A stretch of DNA of 64,000 bases, from NCBI GenBank assembly GCA_947478175.1, contig CANJUQ010000005.1:6145-70144 (forward strand), written 5' to 3'. How positions within the stretch are numbered: position 1 is the first letter of the stretch; every line of letters begins with the position of its first letter. Shown here piece after piece: positions 9,533 through 16,036 of the stretch. A model generated the notes under the pieces. That model did no database searches. It was given only the letters and a program-made list of their open reading frames with translations, and was not told the DNA's origin. The position numbers were made by a program, and so were the translations under genes. Source of the stretch: Thiotrichales bacterium (GTDB lineage Bacteria; Pseudomonadota; Gammaproteobacteria; Francisellales; CACEW01).

Positions 9533-10999
9533 TTATTTTTTAAAAACAAGGGGCTTTGTCTTAATTTTGACTTTATCTCCCTCGCGATAGAGCAAATATT
9601 CAAATAGTCCTGAGGGATAATTTGTTTCTAAAATCCCCTGATATTCCGGCTGGCATTGCTTCCAGATTTCATAGACGGGGGTATCAAAACTTAAATAAAT
9701 CCCCGGGGTATTTTCTTGGGTATAAACCTGACGCCAGGCATAACAAAAATCAGCCAAATTTTTTAAATAGGGAAATTGTTTGGTGCATTCAAATTGGGAT
9801 AAATAATCTGAAAAATCTTCGCCATAGGTATTTAAATTAAAATCTTGAACAAAATTCTCATTGGCATAATTAAAAATACACCCGTCAAATAAATCAGGCT
9901 CTAAAATTTTTGAGAGGGGCTTAAAAGTTTTTTTTAAAATTTTCTCGCGAGAGCCCACCATGCTTTTGTAATAAATATGGGCCCGAGATTCTGGGGAAAT
10001 ATTTGGAAAAATAGTGGGTGAAATTATTTTATATAAATCTAGAGGATCACCCGTTAGATAATTTATCCAGGCAGATTCTGAGTTTTGTTTTGAATTTTGT
10101 TTTGAATTTTGTTTTGAATTTTTTTCTGGGATTTTTTTATTAGGAAAAAATAAAAGATTAGATTTTTCTATCTCTGCAGAGAGTTTGGGTTGAGGGTTTT
10201 GAATAATTTTTTGGATAGTCTGGGTCTCTTCCAGAATTTTATTAAAGCTGGGTAAGTCATTATCCCATTCTAAACAAGTGGGGATGGGGCCATGCTGAGC
10301 TTGAATCTCTGCAAAACAATTGAGGACCCTCTCGGAAACAGCCCGGCTGTGGGTGTCGATCCATAGGCCGTCGTGATATTCAGCACCTGCCAAGTGAATT
10401 TGTTTGACGGAATTAAACGGAATTTCTTGTAAAAATGGTTCAGGTGATTCGCCATGATTGTCAGCCGTTACGAAAATATTATTAATATCTAATAACAAAC
10501 CGCAGCCTGTTTTTTGAGTGAGTTTTTTTAAAAATTCAGCTTCAGAAAGAGGGGAATCTAAAAATCTAAAATAAGACGAAATATTTTCGATTAAAAAATT
10601 TTTCTTAAATCTTGTTTGTAATAAATCAATGCGCCGAGCAACGCGATCTAAAATTTTATAGTCCCATGGGATGGGTAATAGATCATGAGTAAAAATAGGG
10701 CCCACTTTGGAAAAACACAGATGGTCTGAAATCCATTCGGGTTCATAGCGATGAATTAAATTTTCTAGAAATTTTAAATAGCGAGAAGATATTCTTGCTT
10801 GGCTCGCCAGAGATAAATTGACACTGTGTAAAACGCAGGGATAAATTTCTCGAAGCTGATCTAATTTTTTTAATAAAAATTCTGGGACTTCAAAATATTG
10901 ATCTGCTAAAAATTCTAGCCACTGAATAGAGTTATATTTTTTCTCTAGTAAATCTTGAAAATACTGAGATCGAAGCCCCAGGCCTGTGTTGATAATCAT
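9533..10999 (-). CDS. MNIO (DUF692, BufB-like) oxidase fused to a DUF2063 (BufC-like) partner domain
   Basis: The N-terminal ~275 aa carry DUF692 hallmarks: GLGLRSQY, LHSVNLSLAS, ISDHLCF, LIENISSYF, TGCGLLLDINNIFV, IHLAGAEY, IDTHSRAV, CLEWDNDLP. The linker is PEKNSKQNSKQNSKQNSES. The C-terminal ~180 aa fit the DUF2063 pattern: RAHIYYKSMVGSREKILKKTF..., NLNTYGEDFSDYL, YLKNLADFCYAW. Confidence 0.85.
   Translation of the reverse strand: MIINTGLGLRSQYFQDLLEKKYNSIQWLEFLADQYFEVPEFLLKKLDQLREIYPCVLHSVNLSLASQARISSRYLKFLENLIHRYEPEWISDHLCFSKVGPIFTHDLLPIPWDYKILDRVARRIDLLQTRFKKNFLIENISSYFRFLDSPLSEAEFLKKLTQKTGCGLLLDINNIFVTADNHGESPEPFLQEIPFNSVKQIHLAGAEYHDGLWIDTHSRAVSERVLNCFAEIQAQHGPIPTCLEWDNDLPSFNKILEETQTIQKIIQNPQPKLSAEIEKSNLLFFPNKKIPEKNSKQNSKQNSKQNSESAWINYLTGDPLDLYKIISPTIFPNISPESRAHIYYKSMVGSREKILKKTFKPLSKILEPDLFDGCIFNYANENFVQDFNLNTYGEDFSDYLSQFECTKQFPYLKNLADFCYAWRQVYTQENTPGIYLSFDTPVYEIWKQCQPEYQGILETNYPSGLFEYLLYREGDKVKIKTKPLVFKK
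10083..10118 (-). repeat. In-frame 12-bp x 3 tandem repeat (KQNS)3 in the interdomain linker
   Basis: The plus strand reads ttttgttttgaa three times, perfectly. Confidence 0.9.
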
Positions 11000-11025
11000 T
11001 TAAATTTTTAGATTATTTTTTTGAA

Positions 11026-11424
11026 TTATTTTTTTGAATTATTTTTTGGATCAGGTTTTTTTTCGAGTTTGCCTAAAACACCGCCTTTAACATTCATGCA
11101 AACGCCTTTGGGAATGGCGATCCAAGCTGCAGGAGAATTATTGACGGCGGCTGTTCCACCACAGGCCGTGCTATTTGTCGCGCAATCGTTTTCTCCAGCG
11201 GCTGCAACGCCATAACATTCGACATAGTCATCGGCGGTCACGTCGACCATTTGGGTGTGGGCTAATTTTTCGCAAATGCCTTTGGTTGTCATGAGGGGGG
11301 CGTCAGGGCTTGCTTTAGAGATGCCATAACACTCGACTAATTTATCTTGAGGATTGCCGCCACTACAGCCGGCTAATAATAAAATGGAACTGAGAGTTGC
11401 TGTATTGAGGATAATTTTTTTCAT
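11026..11424 (-). CDS. DUF2282 (bufferin-type) RiPP precursor; lipoprotein signal, partial plus full Cys-rich core
   Basis: Signal MKKIILNTATLSSILLLAG|C contains a lipobox. The full DUF2282 core is VECYGVAAAGENDCATNSTACGGTAAVNNSPAAWIAIPKGVCMNVKGG. It is preceded by a shortened copy, VECYGISKASPDAPLMTTKGICEKL. The gene lies 26 bp upstream of the MNIO gene. Confidence 0.85.
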   Translation of the reverse strand: MKKIILNTATLSSILLLAGCSGGNPQDKLVECYGISKASPDAPLMTTKGICEKLAHTQMVDVTADDYVECYGVAAAGENDCATNSTACGGTAAVNNSPAAWIAIPKGVCMNVKGGVLGKLEKKPDPKNNSKK

Positions 11425-11439
11425 GTTGGATTTTCCGTG

Positions 11440-11952
11440 TTATTTAATTTGAACCCAGGGGGCATTTTTGTTTGAACTGCGATGAGTTAAATGGCCCCAT
11501 TTTTTGTGAATAAAATAATCTAAAGAAAACCGCCCCATGCCATGGAACATCAGCATCATGAGCAATAAACCCCAGAGTACATGGTCGTCGAAACCAGCAT
11601 CGCCTGAGGGAGTCCATAAAAAATGAAAAGAAAGAACGCAGATAACATTGTAAATAAGGAACATGAAGATAAATAAACGCCCACCGAGTCCCAGGACTAA
11701 AAGTATGGGAAAAAGTAGCTCTACGAAGGTTCCCAAATAGGCTGCAAAGGCGGGGGACATAAACGGTGTTGAATAGACATATTTAAATAAAACTAAAGTT
11801 GTATCCCAATCCGTGAGTTTGCTCAGCCCTGAAGTAAAAAAAACTTGAGCGATCCAGAGTCTAACAACCAAGTCTCCTAAATCTCGACAGCGGTTAAAGA
11901 TGTGAAGTAGTGGACTGAGTAATTTGGATGAAATCTCGATGTGTTTTTTCAT
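11440..11952 (-). CDS. DoxX family membrane protein
   Basis: 170 aa with about 4 TM segments. DoxX pattern: VRLWIAQVFFTSGLSKL, GTFVELLFPILLVLGLGGRL, GMGRFSLDYF. The gap to the precursor gene is 15 bp. Confidence 0.8.
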   Translation of the reverse strand: MKKHIEISSKLLSPLLHIFNRCRDLGDLVVRLWIAQVFFTSGLSKLTDWDTTLVLFKYVYSTPFMSPAFAAYLGTFVELLFPILLVLGLGGRLFIFMFLIYNVICVLSFHFLWTPSGDAGFDDHVLWGLLLMMLMFHGMGRFSLDYFIHKKWGHLTHRSSNKNAPWVQIK

Positions 11953-12012
11953 AAAAAATATTTCTGACCGGGCTTGTTAAAACGGGCGGGAATATAGCAT
12001 AGCTTGCTTACA

Positions 12013-12834
12013 TCAGACTACTCTCACCAAAGCTTTCAAGGCTCTCATCAAATTGTTTGTCAGACTCCTCAAGAAATTCAGCAATTCCCTGCATATTTGT
12101 TTTTGGAGAAGATGGGTGTGGGTTAAGCGTTGTATCATCGGTAGCATCAAAAAAGAAAATTCCCATGAAGCTCGAACTTTTTTTGCGAGCTCACAATGTG
12201 CAGAAGAAAGCGCGGGGTCTTTGATTAAATAGTGATCCAAACAATTTATGATGTTCATATAGAAGGTGAAATTTTTTTCAGAAATAAAATCTTCTTGAGA
12301 TTGGCTGCTGATACAAAGCGCTTTAACGGGTTCATAGATGTGTTTTTTAAAAATGGCCTCTCTTAAATAATCTTGGGCACCTTGGGCGGCGGCTGCTTCT
12401 AATTGAGCTACTGCAAGTAAAAAAGCAGAGATGATGGCTCCTAAATTAGAAGTGGCAGTTGTTATTATTTTTAATTTCAAAGGATTTTTTTCTTTCAATA
12501 CCAACGCTTTTTGGATTGCAACTTTGTCTGTTATCATGCTGATTAGAAGTTCCGATAAATTAGATGTGAGTAGGGCTGGAACGTCATGGATGCTGTAGAT
12601 CTTCTCGAAAATATTTTTATGTGTTTCGTTAAAATTAGTGTCATATTCAGCGGCTTTTTCTGGGGTCATAGCAGTTTTATCTTTGACTAACTGGAGTAGC
12701 TCTTGAAGAAGCTGCGAAAAACCTTTGACCATTTTTTTTAAGTCTTGAATTTTTTCCCTGCCGTAGGCAGACATTGGAATGGTGGGCCTGGTGGGCCTGG
12801 TGGGAATGGCGACTGCAAACGCTGATCCTGACAT
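12013..12834 (-). CDS. Orphan protein (273 aa), MSG N-terminus, PTR repeat
   Basis: Long ORF starting ATGTCAGGA. A 9-bp repeat ggtgggcct at 12781-12804 encodes (RPT)n. No recognisable domain. Confidence 0.55.
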   Translation of the reverse strand: MSGSAFAVAIPTRPTRPTIPMSAYGREKIQDLKKMVKGFSQLLQELLQLVKDKTAMTPEKAAEYDTNFNETHKNIFEKIYSIHDVPALLTSNLSELLISMITDKVAIQKALVLKEKNPLKLKIITTATSNLGAIISAFLLAVAQLEAAAAQGAQDYLREAIFKKHIYEPVKALCISSQSQEDFISEKNFTFYMNIINCLDHYLIKDPALSSAHCELAKKVRASWEFSFLMLPMIQRLTHTHLLQKQICRELLNFLRSLTNNLMRALKALVRVV

Positions 12835-12903
12835 GAGAGATATCCGATTTTTATTATAGTAAGCGCGGATTTTACTGCTGGAAATATAGATTTTTATGTT
12901 TTT

Positions 12904-13668
12904 TTAGGTCCAAATGGCCACGACAGCCATGAGTCCAAAGCCTATGAGAAGCAGGCTGAAATATTGTAAATGGTGAAGTTTGTCTTTTGGATTTTTATCT
13001 AGATTTTTATTTGGGTTTTCTGGGCCATGAGAGATTCCCAAATAAATAAAAGTACCCGCAGCCAGGCTATTAAAACAAGGTTCTAAAAGAGGGGCTTGTG
13101 AAAAATCATGATGAATCGCTGTACCGATTAAAATCCCCAAGGGGGTCATGAAAGCAAAGATTAAAAATAGAAAAACGCGTGATAAAAATCCGTAATGGCT
13201 TTGATTAATTTTGACAGCAATCGCAAATCCCGCAGCCCATTTATGAGCCAAGATGGCGGTAAGAATAATCCCTGCCATGACGAGATTATTAGTGAGACCT
13301 AATGCAGAGCCTTCTAATAAAGAGTGAATCGAAAGCATCAACGTTCCAATGAGGGCCATTGAAGTAATAGGGATACTTTCTTCGAAGATCCAAAGTAATA
13401 AAAAAGCCAGGCCAGCTAATAAAAAAGCAAAAGGGTATTGATAGCCTAATGTTAAAAATTGACTGGAGGCATCGCCTAATAAATGGATTAACCCAGCGCC
13501 TAGAAAAACCCCCTGGGAAAAAGCGAGTGCCCAAGAAAAGTTAGAGGGAAACAAAGAATTTTGAGTGTTTTTAAATTTTTGATGAAAGGGCAAATAACCC
13601 GAAATTAAAGTCATTATGAGTAATAAAAAAATAGAAATTAATTTGAAATGAAAAAGTGAAGTGTGCAT
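12904..13668 (-). CDS. ZIP family divalent-metal transporter
   Basis: Multi-TM protein with ZIP signatures SIHSLLEGSALG and AILAHKWAAGFAIAV. Confidence 0.75.
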   Translation of the reverse strand: MHTSLFHFKLISIFLLLIMTLISGYLPFHQKFKNTQNSLFPSNFSWALAFSQGVFLGAGLIHLLGDASSQFLTLGYQYPFAFLLAGLAFLLLWIFEESIPITSMALIGTLMLSIHSLLEGSALGLTNNLVMAGIILTAILAHKWAAGFAIAVKINQSHYGFLSRVFLFLIFAFMTPLGILIGTAIHHDFSQAPLLEPCFNSLAAGTFIYLGISHGPENPNKNLDKNPKDKLHHLQYFSLLLIGFGLMAVVAIWT

Positions 13669-13669
13669 G

Positions 13670-14803
13670 TTAAGCGGCCAATTCCATGGATAGAAAATAA
13701 GACATGGCAGGATTTAACAGAACGTAATAACCGTCAGTACGTTTATAAACCAAGTCCAATTGAATTAAGTCAGCAAGGCTTTTTTGAATGACGGAAGGTG
13801 AGGAATTCACCTCCATGGAAAACGCATGGCTCTGAGGTTCGCAAGAGGGTTGTTTCGCCAGAGCAATAAGCAATTTTCGGCGATTGAGGGTTAGCTTTGA
13901 GAAGTCAGAGACAATCCATGAAGCTTGCTGCGTCACATAGTCATGCCATGTTTTTCGAATGGTTGACAGATCTGGAAGTGTGTCGTTGTGCCAAAGTTTT
14001 CGACAGAGTGTATTGACATAGTAAGGGTGGTTTTCAGTGAGGTGCATGATTTCCAAAAAACAATCTTCTGGTAATTTTTTACCCCAGTTTTTTTTAGCTA
14101 AATGGTTTAAAAAAGTTTGATAAGACGGGGTTTCTATACGGTCTAAAGTAATTAAATCGCATAGATGATAAAGCGGTCTGGATTTATCACTGAACATTTT
14201 GTTTAACAGGTGTCGCGCACTACCACAAAAAATATAAGTGACATATTGGCTTCGTTCGACGGCATGGCGAATAGCCGCTTCAATACTGTGATTTTCTTTG
14301 AGCTCGCCAATTTGTTGAAACTCATCCAAGACCATGACGCATGTTTTTTTAGTTTCTTGAGCACATTGGTCAAGGGTTAATAAAAGTTCGGTCAGATTTT
14401 TTTCTGAACTTTGTTTAGAAGAAAGTTCTAGTTTTTGGCCTAAAAATTGAAACGTGAGTTTTGGATTGAGAGTAATCAACTGATTAATAATTTTGGATCG
14501 CGTGGCCTGACCTTCAGGAAGTAAATCATTCATGAGCGCTGAAACGCCTTCTGAAATAGCTTTCAAAACATCTGATTGTGAAGTCGAAAAGAAGAAATCA
14601 ATTCGAGTACCTGGGAAAGTATTTTCGTGTAAAACCTGCATGATCAAACTGGTTTTTCCGTAACGTCGGGGCGCTGTCAGTACTAAATGCTCATGTCGTT
14701 CGATGCTTTTTTTGAGTAATTCACGTTCTTTTTCTCGGTTGCAAAAGGCGTCTTCAGTGGCGATGCCTTGGGGAAATTGTGGAGAGGTGTTTGGAGGAGG
14801 CAT
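13670..14803 (-). CDS. AAA+ ATP-binding protein (archaeal-ATPase-like) with C-terminal winged-helix-like region
   Basis: Walker A is APRRYGKTS and Walker B is VMVLDEFQ. Sensor-like IFCGSARH is present. The stop lies 1 nt before the ZIP gene start. Confidence 0.6.
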   Translation of the reverse strand: MPPPNTSPQFPQGIATEDAFCNREKERELLKKSIERHEHLVLTAPRRYGKTSLIMQVLHENTFPGTRIDFFFSTSQSDVLKAISEGVSALMNDLLPEGQATRSKIINQLITLNPKLTFQFLGQKLELSSKQSSEKNLTELLLTLDQCAQETKKTCVMVLDEFQQIGELKENHSIEAAIRHAVERSQYVTYIFCGSARHLLNKMFSDKSRPLYHLCDLITLDRIETPSYQTFLNHLAKKNWGKKLPEDCFLEIMHLTENHPYYVNTLCRKLWHNDTLPDLSTIRKTWHDYVTQQASWIVSDFSKLTLNRRKLLIALAKQPSCEPQSHAFSMEVNSSPSVIQKSLADLIQLDLVYKRTDGYYVLLNPAMSYFLSMELAA

Positions 14804-14871
14804 GTTTGAAAAATCTTGTGTTAGTTGGATGGAGATTGTGATTTTTTAAGATCGTTTTTATATCATATAGT

Positions 14872-14904
14872 TTTGATCATATAAACTATATGATTATATT
14901 TACT
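14872..14904. promoter_or_regulatory. Operator-like repeat cluster in the divergent ATPase/prpB intergenic region
   Basis: The 11-bp inverted repeat atcatatagtt (14872-14882) / aactatatgat (14894-14904) flanks a third direct copy, atcatata (14886-14893). Confidence 0.35.
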
Positions 14905-15016
14905 TGATAAACAATGTTTTTTAATTTTAAAAAATTAATTAAAGCAATACGCAATTTGGCGTACCTAGGATTTTCTGATTTTATGACTTGAATATTTAAA
15001 CATTTGGAGCCCCATT

Positions 15017-15922
15017 TTGAACACAAAACCCTTATCTCCCAAGCTAACCCCCGGCCAACGTTTCCGAGAGGCTTTAAAATTAAATTCTCCCTTGCAAATA
15101 CTGGGAACCCCCAATGCTTACACGGCTTTGATGGCTAAAAAATTAGGGGCGAAAGCCATTTATATTTCTGGCGGAGCGCTGGCTGTAATGTCGTATGGTT
15201 TGCCTGATCTAGGAATATTTGGCTTAGAAGATTTATTAATAGATGCCCAGAGAATCACAGATGCTGTCCCTGATGTGCCATTGATCGTTGATGTTGATAC
15301 GGGATTTGGGGGTGTTTTTAATATCGAAAGAACCATCAAAAAATTAATCAAAGCAGGGGTGGCGGGGGTTCACATAGAAGATCAAGTTTCACAAAAAAGA
15401 TGCGGTCATCGGCCCAATAAAGCCTTGGTCAGTCCTGAAGAAATGTGTGATCGAATTTCAGTCGCAGCTAAGACAAAACAAGATTTAGATCCTGATTTTT
15501 TCTTGATCGCCAGGACAGATGCTTATGGAAATGAAGGCTTAGAGTCAGCAATAGAAAGATCCAAAAAATATATCCAAGCAGGTGCCGATGGGATTTTTGC
15601 TGAGGCTTTGGGGAGTCTGGACGATTACAAAAAGTTTTGTTCTGAAATAAAAGTTCCCGTGTTGGCGAATATGACTGAATTTGGAAAAACGCCGTTATTT
15701 AATTTAGATGAATTAAAAGCTGTAAAAGTTTCTATGGTTTTATATCCCTTTGCAGCAACCCGAATGATGAATGCGGGGGCTGAGAAAGCTTATAAAATTT
15801 TATTAGAACAAGGGACCCAGAAAGAATTAATTTCTCAGATGCAAACTCGAGAACAGATGTATGAATATATTAATTACCATGATTATGAAAATAGGCTGGA
15901 TCAGTTATTGAAGCCTGCATAA
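15017..15922 (+). CDS. prpB: 2-methylisocitrate lyase (PEP mutase/isocitrate lyase superfamily)
   Basis: TTG start after GGAG. IEDQVSQKRCGHRPNKALVSPEEM, ARTDA and LANMTEFGKTPLF are near-collinear with E. coli PrpB. Confidence 0.85.
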   Translation: MNTKPLSPKLTPGQRFREALKLNSPLQILGTPNAYTALMAKKLGAKAIYISGGALAVMSYGLPDLGIFGLEDLLIDAQRITDAVPDVPLIVDVDTGFGGVFNIERTIKKLIKAGVAGVHIEDQVSQKRCGHRPNKALVSPEEMCDRISVAAKTKQDLDPDFFLIARTDAYGNEGLESAIERSKKYIQAGADGIFAEALGSLDDYKKFCSEIKVPVLANMTEFGKTPLFNLDELKAVKVSMVLYPFAATRMMNAGAEKAYKILLEQGTQKELISQMQTREQMYEYINYHDYENRLDQLLKPA

Positions 15923-16036
15923 CGAATTTTTGGGGTTTCTGTTGTTTTGCCGTTGTTTTACATAGCGCCGGCCGGCTTCAGTGGGTATACTCCGCCCCCT
16001 TTATTTTGAGCTGTTTTTTGGGGGTTATATAAGCCT

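Noticed and set aside
11021-11215. 64-aa plus-strand ORF.
   Set aside because: It is antisense to the DUF2282 precursor gene, whose signal peptide and Cys motifs give it priority.
13289-13534. 81-aa minus-strand ORF.
   Set aside because: It is an alternative frame inside the ZIP transporter gene.
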